Below are positions 22,627 to 36,377 of a DNA stretch of 64,000 nt, piece by piece. The notes beneath the pieces were generated by a model that was not told the DNA's origin, ran no database searches, and worked only from the letters and a program-made list of their open reading frames with translations. Position numbers and translations under genes: made by a program. This DNA is from Hyphochytrium catenoides. Taxonomy: Eukaryota; Protista; Hyphochytriomycota. The stretch spans positions 62,001 to 126,000 of the forward strand of contig FLMG01004571.1 in assembly GCA_900088475.1 (NCBI GenBank), written 5' to 3'. The number at the start of each line of letters is the position of its first letter. Within the stretch, counting starts at the first letter, position 1.

Positions 22627-23583
22627 GTGGTTACCGCTGCAGGCGTTCTCAAGCAACAAGACTCGATTTACTACTTCCTAGGTGACGACAATTCTGTCTT
22701 TCACCATGCAGTCCGCCGTAGCGAAGAACCTCAACCACTTCAACCTAGTGATGAACTGCTACAGCAGCTCGTCATAGACTCGTGGCCACATGAGTGCGAG
22801 GTTCCCCTGGTGGAACTAAGCCCTCATGTGGCCCTCGAAGGGGATCTGACAAGTCCATCCTTCGATGCCTCGGCAGAGTCTAATCTTGTCTATGTGGGTT
22901 ATGGAGCAGGTACGGAGGGGGAGAGTTCTCTGGTCTTGGAGAGCTGCGCAGCCGTAGTAGGTGACGTATTGTCGGATGCGGCGATGAGCGGGGAGGTGGA
23001 TCTAATGCAAGAAGAAGCACTTGAAGGTCTTTGTGAGCTGGTGGATCCTTTCGTTCAAGAGTTTGGTCCTGAAGGCGCTGAGGACGGCGTGTTGGTTGAT
23101 GAGGCACATGCACTTTTCTGTGATCTAATTGAGGAGCCATGCCAGGCTCAAGTGGAGAAAGAGCTTGTGTCCGGAGATGAGATGGACCGTCTGGACGCTG
23201 CGAATGTTGACGCAGTCTGTCTTTTCATGGAAGGGAACAACTGCCGTGCAGAGGAAGACCCTGAATGTCAGACGTTGATTCAATCGTTGGAAGTAGACAC
23301 GAAGGAGAAAAAGAAATGGCTAAAGCGTTTCCAGATTCCTGCTGCTCGATCTGTACGGATGGAGGGGATGCCAGGCTTGGAAGTGCCTTCTCCTTCTGGA
23401 GCGCCGTCGTTGTCTAGGAGGGAAAGGGTAGAGAGGTATCTGAGGAAACGCAGAGAGAGAAGAGGACGTTCCTCTTACTCTATGCCTTCTTCGCGACAGA
23501 AATCTGCTTTCAGGCGGCCAAGGATAAATGGACGGTTCACGGATGCCAAAGAGTTTATCTGCATCGATAGCTTAAGTTCTTAA
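22627..23583 (+). CDS. CCT-domain protein with long acidic N-terminal region; start unresolved
   Basis: C-terminal SRRERVERYLRKRRERR...SRQKSAFRRPRINGRFT matches the CCT motif; 318-codon open frame. Confidence 0.75.
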   Translation: MVTAAGVLKQQDSIYYFLGDDNSVFHHAVRRSEEPQPLQPSDELLQQLVIDSWPHECEVPLVELSPHVALEGDLTSPSFDASAESNLVYVGYGAGTEGESSLVLESCAAVVGDVLSDAAMSGEVDLMQEEALEGLCELVDPFVQEFGPEGAEDGVLVDEAHALFCDLIEEPCQAQVEKELVSGDEMDRLDAANVDAVCLFMEGNNCRAEEDPECQTLIQSLEVDTKEKKKWLKRFQIPAARSVRMEGMPGLEVPSPSGAPSLSRRERVERYLRKRRERRGRSSYSMPSSRQKSAFRRPRINGRFTDAKEFICIDSLSS

Positions 23584-24016
23584 GCTGCTGCAGGCCTTTA
23601 AGGCCAGGTTCAATGAGTTTCTCCTTTTCGCACTTCTTCAAGCCCACATAATAAATGTTAGTTATTGTCAAGACTCTCCATCGTGTTAACGAGTCCATAC
23701 TCTGGTTCTGCGGAAGGAGGGAAGCTTCTTATATGTTTTATTAGAGGTCGGGTTAGCCTAAGGTCACTTAGTCCCAGTTTGTTGCTTGAGACCATCCATT
23801 GCCAGCTGCGTCATTAATGGATCTTCGCTCTGGCACTTGGGCACCTTGCGTTCTCTCGTTTGGTTCAATTTAGGTTGTCAGCGTGAGACCATGCATAGCA
23901 TGCCGCCCCATCAGGCTCTTTGCAAGTCGTCAGCTCCTTCCTGTTAACGCCACCATCCGTCACTTATTATCAGCTGCCTAACTGCTCTTCTTTCTCATGC
24001 TCTCCTCCTTTTATAA

Positions 24017-25841
24017 TTAGGAAGTGATCTGCTTGATTCCAAGCTCCCGCTCATAGAACTCTGCGGTAAACTTATCACAAGAGGTAAGCTCGAGCTGTCT
24101 TCCGTAGACAAAGACAGAAGTGCCACAGCGCAGATCTTCTTTAGAGACAAAGTCCATGACTGGTCGTTCTCTCCCACGAGGTGTCTCGTGCCCTGACGGT
24201 ATAAGAAGTGAATCCTTTGGAAGCCGCTGCCTCTTCAGCAGGAGAGGAAAATGGTCCTTTCCATCGTTTTTCTGTCTCCTCTCTGCCACCTCAATAGTGT
24301 CATCACCTAAGAAGTAATGCAGACGATAGTGTTGGTAAGCTCCCTTCTTTGTTCCGTCTGCGGCAATGGTCCCCGCCGTGTTATCCTGGCAATCGCGTTC
24401 GACATGCCCGTCCTTTCTTTCCCAGTGTACGCAGTCGAAGGCGAGGACCTGGTTCTCATATTTGATGTACTTCTTCAGCTTCAAGCTCTGGGACGAGGAG
24501 GACGACGAAGAGATAGAGATTCCGTCGTTAGCCGCTTTGGCACTTCTCCTGGGGTCCATTGTGTCTCTCTCTCTTTTCCTTCCTTCTTCGTAGCTATCCA
24601 AAGGACATTCTTTGGCCTCCGACATTATTAAGCCCATCTTCTCCTTCATAAAGCTCCGGGTCTTAGGGTCGCAATCATAAATGTGAACCAGCAGGGAGGA
24701 GGACGGGGAACTAAGAGCTGAAGAAGAAGGAGAGAGGTCAATGCTCTTTCCTATAAGTAGATCCTCCGGGCAAAGAAGACCCTGTGGAGAAAGCAGCTGC
24801 GACCGCTTAAGAAATGCTCCTTGGAGAAGTCCACTGTTCTCCGTCTTGGGCTCTGTAATACTTACAGATCTGTCTTCCAGGTGATAGCGCACCACGAGCT
24901 TTCGAACTCTTCTTTCTCCTCTTGTTGAGCTCTCTTTCCCTTTGGTCCTGGCTCTGTCAGTCAGTTTCCTTACACCGACCTCTCTTCCGCGCTCCTCTTC
25001 TCCTAATAGCTCTATGGTGTAGGCGTGAAAAGATAGGACTTTGCCCCCGTTCTCCAACCAATCTGAAGGCTTCACTTTGACCCTGTGATTCGCTGGCCGA
25101 ACAGGAAGAGCTGGACCATTCGCTTCCTCGCGGGCTTCCTCGCTCTCTCTGCTTCTTCCTAGCGTTTCATCCCTCTTTGCTGCGTAATTAGATTCATGTT
25201 CATGCCTTCCCTCTCGCTCTTCCTCTAGGGCAGGGCTCACCAAACCTTGCCCCTTCCGCTGAGGGGAGGAAGATTCGGGCTTGTGGATTGAGGAGGACAC
25301 TGAAGAAGATACGGCTGGAAGACAAGGAGAAGAACTGATAACTGAGAGGCCACATCCTAGGTAATGTTCCCCAAGCCTTAAATCTTCCAGTTCCTTGTAG
25401 ATTAGGTTTTTCTTCCTGTTGTCGGTTGGTCCTTTCTGTCGGTCTTCCCCTCTTTCCTTATTCACGACCTCTTCTTCCAGTTTCTTTGGTGCATTATTCA
25501 GGTTGGGCAGTGCAGATGATGTTGTGGCCTTTCGCTTCTCCCGCTGCTCCACAGCCTTGTCGAGATATAGCGGCTGTGAGGAGTATCTTGATTTCCCTAT
25601 GTCCTGCAGGAGGTCCGAATGGCCACGGCGGAGAGAAGGCAGACGGGGACATAAGGCCCAGAAACCAGGTGTAATTTGGTCATTAGAAACAACGAGTAGA
25701 CAAAGAGAGAAGAGACGAAGCGCCTGAAAGAGGAGAGAAGCTTACCTCTAACACTGGCATCACATGTCTTGTCAGGCCAGGAAGTAGAGGGAGTTTGACT
25801 TTGTCTCTAGGAAGAGTTCCTTCTCTCCTCTCCATCGTCAT
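24017..25841 (-). CDS. EFHC1/Rib72-like DM10-domain protein (two DM10 domains), 2 exons (25841-25746, 25603-24017), about 560 aa
   Basis: N-terminal LPLLPG motif. DM10-1: KVLSFHAY..YHLEDRSVSITEPKTENSGLLQGAFLKR..IYDCDPKTRSF. DM10-2: QVLAFDC..YFLGDDTIEVAE..NDGKDHFPLLLKRQRLPK..DLRCG..VYGR..CDKFTAEFY. Confidence 0.85.
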
Positions 25842-27962
25842 AGTAGTACTGAGAGCGTGTTGCTAATAAGAAAGAAGCACTATTGGATGCACGGAGGCCT
25901 CACGGAGCGATCTCAGCTGATCCCGCTAGGATCTTGAAGACGACCAGGATCTAGGCGCCACCAGTAGTAGGAGAAAGACAAGAGTGATAAAACGGCAATA
26001 AGGAGATGGGCTAAAGAGGAGGATGATGCAGTTAGAATAAGAGCCTTCTTCTCTTCTCTTCTGGCAGAGACCAACTCGCGAGAGACTGGGGAATGTAACA
26101 AAGCTATGGCTATAATGGGGCTCAACTGCTCATCGTTGGTCCTCCCGCTCCTCCTTTTCTTGTCATGCTCCTCAGTCCTGCTCTCTCTCTCTAAGCCGCT
26201 ACCAGTTATCCCTCTCTTGCACTATCTGGTACTTTCACTAGTAAGGTTCGTAATGATAGGAGAGCCAGGCCTGCAGCAGCCTTTGACGAAATTCTTCTGC
26301 TCTTAGGTTATCCTTATTTACTATATTCTATGCAGCTTGTCTACTAGAGGAGGGCTGCTGCCCGAGGCCCAGACTGCGGGGAGCCTGGTAAGAGGGAGGG
26401 AGGGCGCAGGAAAGAGAGCCAGAGAAGACGGATATGATAGGAAAAGAGATCATGACTAGAAGAGAGAGAAGAGTCAGAGGACGGTGACAGAACAGAAGAG
26501 CACCAGAAGATAGAAGAGACACTACCAATAACTCAAGAGGCAGGAGGTAGGCCGCAGAAAGACAAAAGGAGCCAACCCTCTATGCACTCGCCACTACTCT
26601 TCACATCCTAAGCAATAGGTTGAGCCGGAGACTAAAAGCCAGGAAGGACAAGGACGTAATAGATCATCATAATCAGGATGCACGTTAGACCCCCTTCTTC
26701 TGGCAAATCGATAGAGCTATAGATAGACAATAGGGGAAAAAGAGACAAGATGGGCAAAGTAACCACCTGTACAATGGAGCGAGGTCTATAGCAGAGTGGA
26801 AGCAGCGAGGAGTCGGAGGAGAGAATGATCATTTGGACAGAAGATACGGAGTAACGCAGCAGCTATAATGCGGATGGAGAGGACAGAGGAGGCAGTAAGT
26901 AGAACATAGGAGGAACACGGATAAGAACACAGCAACGCGTCAGCCGAAGAGAACGATGGGGACTGAGAGAAATGGAGGAGGCGGAGAAGAAGTGGCACGT
27001 TTTGTGATGAAGAATGAGATGAACATGATGGGCAAGGGCTGAAGCTGCTTGTTCTGGACTGTTCTCTACCATCATCAGATCTTCTCCTCTTTCATCACAA
27101 GAGCCAGCAGGCAGCGAGCCATCTCTTCCGCTCCTCCTGCTACGAGTAGTACCTTCCTCTCTGCCCGCTGCAGCTAGCGCTAGCTCCGTCCGCTAGCTGC
27201 CGCCGCCGATCTTCTTCCTTGTTTCTTGTTTGATCCCTCGTCGCCTTTGTCTTGGTGCTGCTGCCTCCTCCTCCTCCTCCTCCTTATGCTCCTGCTGCTG
27301 CCGAAGAAACGCACACACAGCCCCAACCGTTTCTTCCCTCTAAAAGCCGTTAGCGGCAATAAAACGACGCACAGAGTTATTAGTTTTGGAGACTTTCGTG
27401 CAGAGCCGAAACTAGGCCCTATAGCTTTTACTTTTCATGACAGTGAGTTTGTGAGCAGTGCCTGGTCTTTTTCGGATGCGGATCTGTACGAGTAAAACAT
27501 GGTGTTTCTGACACCGAAGATAAGAAATGAATTCTGAGCACGAAAGTAGGCAGACACGGTATGATTGGACCCAAAGCAGGAGTTAGATAACCCGTATTTT
27601 CGGGTCTATAAGAACCGTGTGCCGCCGTCAAGGGTCCAGTGCCGGCCGCTCCATCGTCGGCGCGACTCAGATATTGCTGTCGCTGCTCTCGTTGCTCTCA
27701 AGTTATAAAGACTCTAGTCCGCTCTTCGCAGCTCTGGAGATCTTCCCAGTGCGAAGCTTGGTGTTCATAAGACGCAGGGTTAGTGTCCATTGTGTTGGGA
27801 CGACACCACCGGGGAAGGTTTTTTTTTGCGGTGCGCAGCAGGTGGAATTAAGAGGCAGAAGTGGGAGCTCGTCTTCAATAGGAAATAAACGCTTCCCAGC
27901 CTGAGGCTGACTGAAGACACACGCTATAAGAAAAGTTCAGGGTGCCCCGTAGATAAAAGAGA

Positions 27963-30391
27963 ATGGCGCCCTATTCCCCTGCCGGAGCTTGCTCCTCCCG
28001 TGGCCCCATAAAGGCCGTAATCTGTGACTTGGACGGGACTCTGCTAGACACGGAGCAACTTTCGACTGACTCAACAAACATGATTCTCAGTCCACTGGGG
28101 AAAGAACTCCACTGGTAGAAGAGCCTTTCTTGCTTTCTCTCTCTCTCTCTCTCTCTCTCCTTCTTGGCGGCACGCTGCCTCTGACCAGGGTCCTTTTTCT
28201 TTTTCTTCATTTTCGCTTTCTTTCTTCTATCTCTCCCTTTACTTCGTACCCCTGTCTCTTTCTTTTTTCTCTCTCTCTCTCTCTTCCTTCTCTCTCCCTC
28301 TGTCTCCCTCTCTCTTTCTCTCTCTTTTTTTCCTTCTCTCTTCCGGTACTTCTCTATCCTTCTATTTTTTGCTTTAGCTGCTGTCACCCATAAATGTCTG
28401 GTCACTCTGCTACAGACAAGATTGTCCACAATATCTCCGCGTTTGCCGTTGGTCCTGGCTGAGATGTCTGCTTGCTAGTTGTTCCCCTCTGGGCTGCTCT
28501 CTTACTCTCATTCTCTCCCTAAAAGCAAGAGTCCTCTAACTTTAAGTCTTCGGCGATCGGCGTTCTATCGTTCTAGGGAGTTGAAGAAGAAGATTCTAGG
28601 GATGCCTGGATTGGATTGGGCGGCAGTTGTCATTGCTGGTTCCGTGCCCCCTCTTCTACTCTTCATATATATCTCTAACTCTCTCTTTCCATCTCTCTCT
28701 TCCTATTCTCCAGCTCTTCGCCTTCGATGCTCTTTCTCCATTCTCTACCATGCTTCTCTCTTCTCACATGAAAGCATCTGGTGTCCTCCCTGAGGTCGGC
28801 CACATTTCTGCTAGCCTTCCGACTCGACGATGTTTCTGCTAAGCCTTCTGATTCGGCTCATGGATATCTCTCAAATGGACAAAGTTTCCTCCATCGTACG
28901 ATCTCTTTTCCTCAGTCTAATATCTCCGCTCTCTCTCGTTTCTGTCCCGCTAATAGAGCTAGAGATTGAGGGCAAGATAACGCCAGCCGAGATGGTGGCA
29001 CAATGGGAGGAGAACTTTAAGGCGCTTTATCCACATACTAAGAAGCTTCCTGGCGCCGACAGAGTTACAAAAGACATGCGAGAGAAGTGGAACCTTCCCA
29101 TGGTCAGCGACAATGCTTCTCTCTGTCTCTCTCTCTCTCTCTCTCTGTCATCTCCCTTCTTATCTGTTCGTCTGCTTTGTCTCTTCTCTCTCTCTTTTCT
29201 CTACGACTGACTTGAAACGCTTTTGTTTTATTCGTTGTCAACCCAACAAATACTTGCTCGAAGAAGGAAAGGAGACACTAAATCCACTCCCTCTAGTTTG
29301 TCTCAGTTTGTCTCTACAATTCTCTATGCGGCTCTCTCGCCTGCTTAGATTCCCTTTCACTTTCTCTCCTGATCGTTGATATCATCGTGATTCTCTCTTA
29401 GGCAATTGCTACGTCATCCAACTCGCACGCTGTGGAGCTTAAGAGAGCAGCTCATCCAGAGATGTTCGATCGCTTTAATGTAAGTAAAGTAAATGTCGTA
29501 CCGTAGCCAGGACCAACCGCCCGGCCTTCCTTAGATTTTAGGTAAATGACTAGCAACGAGCTGAGATAAGCCAGAGGGTAGTTGGTATGCGGGGAAGTGG
29601 AGCCACATCCTTAGTGCAGCAGGATGTAAGAGCCATATTCAGGCATTGGGGACCTAATTAGTGGGGTTATGATAAAGATCGTGCTAAGGCTATTAACCGG
29701 GATCTATCGTGGATCCTTTGGCCTCTCCACCAGATTGTGATATGCGGGAACGATCCAGCTCTGAAGAATGGGAAGCCTGCGCCTGATATATTTTTGGCAG
29801 CAGCTCAGCGACTGGGTCTGTCCTGCCAGCCCTCGGAGGTGCTCGTGATCGAAGACTCAAGGTGGGGGGATGACAATGACTAGGAGTTAAGGGATAATAG
29901 GATAAGGCTTCGGGAATTACATCTGGGCTCTTACCACCCGTCCTTACCTTCCTCTGCACTGTCCGACCCAGAGGCAATGATGAGCAACCTAGTGGTGTGC
30001 TACGTCGCCCACTATGCTCTGCTATTTGTAGCTCTTTCTCTGTGCTGATTAGAATCCCCTGGTCGTAGTGTAGGCTCTATGGGCCCTGTCTCTTCCTAGC
30101 TACACCACAGCTAATCTATTGTCCCTTCTGGTCCCTCCTCTGATGGGTGATCTTCCAGTGCTGGAGTTGAGGCCGCAAAGAGGGCAGGAATGAAGGTCAT
30201 TGTGGTGCCGGATCCTCGGTTGCCTCTAGAGCTTTTCCATGGTGCTGATCAGGTAAGGACAAGAACGACAGGACCAGATGACGTGTTAAACCCTTGTCGT
30301 ATTATCTCTGACTTCGTTTTTGCTTTATTGTACTTCTGATAAGGTGCTACACTCCTTGGAAGATTTTGTCGCAGAGGAATGGTTCAGGTGA
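27963..30391 (+). CDS. PUDP: HAD-superfamily hydrolase, pseudouridine-5'-phosphatase (PUDP/HDHD1)-like, 7 exons
   Basis: AVICDLDGTLLDTE (DxD), KILGM, AIATSS, GKPAPDIFL, VLVIEDS, GVEAAKRAGM, VPDP, VLHSLEDF. Exons splice in phase; TGA 30389-30391. Confidence 0.85.
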
Positions 30392-30706
30392 TGGGTAGCG
30401 AGCTTATTGAAGTCCAGAATGGCGGCACTCCCAAACCCACTTCCAGTGCTTGCCCCTTTCCTAACTGCTCTTTCAACTGCGAAATTTTGATCTTTCATCG
30501 CAGTGCTAATGTACTGGGCTCCGTAGCTTAGCGGTCGAGACCGCATTGGGCTTCCTTAGTTGGCGTGCCAATGTTACTGTCCAGCTATAAGGCATTGCAC
30601 TACTATTGCACTCATGCTTCAACCACCCGCCGGCCGTAATGGAACCCGTTGCCTTCATGAACCGCGATCTTATCGAATATACTTGCTATCGCTCTATTCT
30701 GCTCCC

Positions 30707-33700
30707 TTAGGTAGACCCCGAGAGCATCGAAGAAACGAGTGAGAAGGGCAGTGAAGAAGATGAAGAGGAGGATTGAATATGATGTCGAAGCGCAGCTATC
30801 TCCGTGATGTTAGCGATGGCCAGCTCCTGGTAGGATTTGTGATTGTAAGGGTTGAAGCCTGTCTGTACTGCGTGTAATATAGAGGTGGAGCTAGGCGCCG
30901 ATAAAGAGGAAGGGTATCCTTGAATCTGCGTGAGAAGGGGTAAGCATGAGCCATTGCCAACAGCAAAGGCAGAGACCCCAACAAAACGAACATTTACAGA
31001 CAATGAGACGCAAGAGAGCCACACGATGAACGATATGACCGACGCAAGCCGTAGCGACTGGGCGGGTGGCGATAGAGGAAGACATCGGGGAGCAAAGTCC
31101 TACCAGATACTCCTCCCACCAGTGAATCATATCTGCGGTGTAACTGAAGTCGTCTGGGACCAAAGAGGAGAGGATTCCGCTGACGACCCCGCTATTCTGG
31201 AACAACTAGATGCCAAACGAGGGTCATTATCGGAAGTTATTATGCAGACCAGCGATACGCGCTGGTAGGAAGCAGAAGTCATAAAAGGTGCCATAGAAAA
31301 AGGTGACCTGATAAGAGTTGCTTAATGCCCAATTATTAATGTGCAGGCCCGTGCCAGCAAGGACTGAGCTGCCGCGAAAGAGATGACGCACGCTACAAAG
31401 TCATACCTCAGAAGGGAGAAGTGTAGCATCACTACCCTTTCCTGCTCTTTCGGTCCACTTGTTTAGATAGTCGGAAACGTTGAATATGAATATCTGCTCA
31501 TCAGGAGTTAGCTTTGATTGAAGGGACTGGGCGTGAAGGGCCAGGTAATGGGTGGTCCTGGCGGTGGAAGAGGCGTCATTCCTCGGCTACAGAAGTCACA
31601 GCAATGCTCATGGAGGGAGCTCAAGTTAAGCGAGGGGGGAAGGAATCACTAAGGCGATCATCGGAGTTGCCCTTAGGATGGACCGTTTGCTTGAGGCTCA
31701 CGTGTGACAATTAGAAAGTGGAGAGAGGGAAAAGCTTAAAGAGAAAGGAAGAGATATGATAAAAATAGTGTTATAATAAGCTTCCAGGCTTCCAGAGCAA
31801 AGAGAGAGATAAGAAAGAATAGGCCAGGGACTAGGACGAACAGAGAGAGAAAGAAGTAGGGAACGGGTTAAGAGGGAGACACGTGTTTGTTTGCCTGATA
31901 GCTCCATTGATAAAGTCGGCTGCTGCTTCTTTATCCCACGAGTAAGGAGATAGAGAGCTGTATACGGGTAAATCAAAAGTCGGAAGAGCTCGAGCTAACC
32001 GCCTGGCCATTCGAAGAAGCTTCTTCTTTGTCAGCTGTTTGGGACTCAGCTCTATAATGTCGCTGAGGATAAACGGGACTCTACGTTGGGGGGAAGCAGC
32101 GGATGAATCAGACCGCGTCATTTCGTGGGAACAGTATGAACCTTGTAACGGCAGTAAGGACTGATGGAGAAGAGTAGGGCCATCAACTTACTGCAACAGA
32201 AATAGAAGGATGGTATCGCCCCTCGGGCAAAGACAAAAAGGCCAACGAGGGACATCGTAGTGACATCGTCATTACCTTTCAATAGCCTCTACTGAAGGAT
32301 CTCCGTCCTTCCATCTACCAGAAATATAGAGCTTCTTGTTCTTATTTGCCTCCACAAACTGGTGCATGCTTGACGGCAAGATCGCAGTAGTAGGAGATAG
32401 AGAGATTAGTGTAAAAAGTTAGAGAGACCAGGGAAGAGAGAGAGGGGCCAGAGAGAGAAGGTCAGTCTATGTACGCGGTCGCAATTGTTTGATGGATCAA
32501 GACCCCTTCCAAATCAACTTTGCTCCGGTGTCTACTTCTTCACCGCCACAGTATCTAGTCTTTCCTGCCTTGTGCGCTTAGAACGCATCTTGCTCTGTCC
32601 CTTCTCCCATGATGGCAGTCTACCTTTCACTCGCTCATTCCCTCTAGGACTTTCTTTCAAAGAACCATTCTCTGCACTTCTATATCTGTACTAGCTGTGA
32701 ACTTGCTCCATCTTACCTGAAGCCGCCATGCTCGTAGGGATGATATTTATCTCCTGGCATTGTGAGCCCACGGGAGGAATAGTAGGGAAGATATTGTTGC
32801 CTTCTCCACCAAGGAAAGGTCATCAGGGCCACGGAAAGAACCATCACATCCTCCCTGGTAAGCCATGCCATCACTTAGTCTGACAGGAAAGCGTTCTCTT
32901 CTTCCAAAGCAGGCAAAAAACCTACCGAAAGCTCTCACAGTTCTGCAAGTAGGTGACAGTGTTGTGCTGCAGGTCTCCATTAACGAGCAGGACAGCGTTC
33001 TGAGGAAGCGAGCCGAGAACCTGCTTTCCAAAGCGAAAGTAAAGCCTGAAGGAGAGCGTTAAAGAGAAGCAAAGAGAGAAGATACAAGAAGAAAGAGACG
33101 GACGAGGATAGCTAAGCAGAGTCTGTTGGAGCCAATAAAGACGCATCAGGGACATCATCTCGATAAGGGGTACTCGTGAACTGAACTTGTAGATGGAAGT
33201 AGACTGTGTCGAAGCATTTTGAGTCCCACAAGGAACCGGGAAAGCCAAAAAGCTAAGCATTATGCGCCAACCATTCGGTCGTAGGAGGTCACTGAGAAGG
33301 GAGGGGACACAATAGTAGAGCAGAGGTTGAGCTGACCAATCATTTTGGTGGTCCATCTCTTCAAAGCGCCGCGAGATCTGCAGAAGGATAAGGAGAGCCA
33401 CGACAGGAGCCGCCCAAAGCCAAAGACGTAACTGTCCGTGTGAAATCTAGCAAAGGACACACGGCGGATACCCGTAAGCTGGCGAAGTGAAAGGACAGGG
33501 TAAGCACTATCGGACCAAGGAAACGATAACAAAGAGGGAAGATACAAGATTGCTAACGTCTTCCCACCTTTGACAGGAACGACATGGAGCAGGCGAGTCC
33601 CGTCCCCAACCAGACAAAGCAGAGAAGGTGCGCCTGTTGCCACATCCTATGCGGGAGAAAATAAGAGGTGAGAGGTCCCGGGATAAGGCCCATTTCAGAA

Positions 33701-36377
33701 GAGCAGATATTAGGTAACGAGGGACCTGAGGCTGTTCCTTGCGGTTCCTAACAAAAGCCGTTGGGCGACAATAGCAAACTGACAGAAACATGGTCCCAGA
33801 CAGAATGGCGTTATAAAGAATGGCGTTATAGAGGATGGTACGAAAGGAAAAGGCCAGCAACTCAATAGACATGCTGTAGATTAGAAAGGAAGCTCAGTGC
33901 GGTCCTGATACCTTGCCATGACGCCTATAAATAGAGGCTTCAGAGGGAGATTTGAAAGATGGTTGATCAAGACGATGTATAGAATAAACCCTAGGGCCAT
34001 CACCCTTCCGGTCTCTCCTCTGCTAGCGGATGCGGTAAACCCTATCGCTGCGAGAGGGAGGCCTGTCGGGACAAAAATGGATCGACATACTTAACAAGCG
34101 GCTGTGAAAGAGAAGGAAGTGATCGAGCGCACACAAGATTCTCCGGTAAGGACGGAAAAACCTCACAAGAGAGTAAGGAAAACAGGAAGGTGAAGACACG
34201 ACAAGCAAAAGTTCACATTACCAAGGAGCTTATAGAATAGCGAGAGAGAAGGGATGTCGTTAATCAGACGAGTATCAGTCATACACTAATGGCGCTACTG
34301 TTCCTTCCTCGTCTTACCGATCTGCATGGAATGCTCACCAAACATCTTAAGAAAAAGGGAGATCTTCTGCACTACGAGATCTAATCCCCGTCCGCTTTCC
34401 CCAATTTCGTCAGCCGCTAGCTGGAAGGTTCCGTACTCCGAGCGGAAGAAGTGAAGCAAAAAGCCTTGGAGAGAAGACTGATCTCCCCAAGAGTGCTTCC
34501 TGCACCCCGGTGACGGAAAGAAAGAAGAGCACAAGGTCAAAGTCTAACTTGGGAACCTAAGTGAGCAACATTAACGTTTTCGGAGCCAAAGTATTGAGAA
34601 CGGCTTGCAGGGCCAGATACACCAAATCAAGGAGAGCAAGAGGTGAACATGAAGCGGGCAACCGAGAGGTGTAGCAACAACGCAGCAGATCCTTAAACGA
34701 GGAGCGTGAAAAGCTTACGGGGCGTCATAGCTCCTGATAACCAAGTAGAGATAACAACTGAGTCCCGCTAGAGCTGAGAACGAGAGGCACAAAAGAGGTA
34801 CTGGAGACCAAAGGAATGCTCTTCCATGGCCTAACATGACAGCTCCCGCCACCACAATTACATAAAAGACTGAGATGTGTTGGTTACTGAGAGAAAGGCC
34901 ACACGAAAGGGCGAGGAGACAGGCGTTATATAATAGGGCTCTGTTGCTGTTTGACTCCTTCTCCAGCAACTGGTAGAACTTGTGCAAGAGCAGAAAGATT
35001 AAGAGCACAAAGAAGTTGTTTAGTGGGAACACCTGCGAACAAGAAAACCCGAGGGTGAGCCTTTATAATGCTGTTCCTGAAGTTTAATGGGAAAATGCCA
35101 AGGGAAAAGAGGCACCTAGATGACTAGAAGTGTGAAAGTGGCCGCGTTATAACGATGAAATCCTTACTTCGGCTTGCAAGGCATAGGCCCAAACTTCAGG
35201 AGAGAAGCACCAAAGGCCGGCCGCCAAGATGCCGCCTAGAAGATCACCGATTGTTTCTTCGCTGCTAAGCACCCGACCGGAATGATTGGGCTGTTCAGTC
35301 CCTTGGGAACTTCTTGTCTCTCTTCTTTCTTTCTGGAGTTTTACAGTCAGGCGAAAGAGAAGTCCACTTGACAGGCTGGTGAGCATGGCGGAGAGGAGAG
35401 ATATGCTCCAAGCCGGAGAGGAGGAGGGACTGAGAGCTCTTCCGAGCCGAAAGAATATATTAGAGAGCAGGGTCCAGAGAGGATAGCCCTATACAGCACA
35501 ATGCGGGGTTGTTAAAGCTATATCAACCGGTAAGGCAGTGGCGATTGAGTCGAGGGTAAGGGACATCTGATGGAGGAGAGAGCCAAAAGCAAATGGGAAT
35601 GAGAGGAAAGAATCTATCACTGCAAACCACAGAAGCGCTGAAGACACGCTACGGGCTGACAAAAGAGTGGCAGATGCAAGACTCTAAGGATTATGAAGGG
35701 ATGAGCGATGAGCAAGCTTGTAGCCTGGGTGGCCAAAAGATTTAGGCGGAGCATGCAGTGATTAAAAGTGCCTCTCACCGGAGGATGAGCCATGCCTAGG
35801 CTGCAGGCCGCGCTAAGGAGTTCTGCGACCAACATTCGAATGGGCGGAGGCCATGAGAGAGGTGGGTGGAGGGGATAGAGAGAAAGAGATAGCTAGGGAG
35901 AGCGCAAGACAGAGAGAAGTGATGAGAAATTGAGACGACCGGAGAAGGGTAGCAAAGAGTGGGACAGTCAAAGAAGCACAAAACAAGGGCGATGTGATGG
36001 AGCTGGATGCGACCCAAGGACATGCAAGAGACGAGTCTGGAAAGAGGGAAGAGATATAGCGGGAAAGATAGGCACAAAGAAAACGGTGATCTGGGCTACA
36101 GAGGGAGAGACAAACGAATCCTCATACCTCCAGAATCTCCACCTGACACTGTAGGATACATCGTGCGCAAGTAAACACCCAGTGCAAGTGAAGGCAGCAG
36201 CCATGAGCCACATAGCCAAAGCCAGCGATGCAGCGTACCGTGGTCCATGTCCACTGCTGTGTCGGAGTTGTTTGTCTTCTTCCCTGACGCACTTGCTAGA
36301 GAAGGGGTGGCACACAGGGCTTGGCGGTTTGTTCCCGCCATGATGTTGCCGCCGGTGGGGAGCCTACGCTTGCCCAT
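30707..36377 (-). CDS. TMEM260: TMEM260 / DUF2723 family membrane protein (protein O-mannosyltransferase-like), multi-exon
   Basis: [78 protein letters not shown]. Confidence 0.88.
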
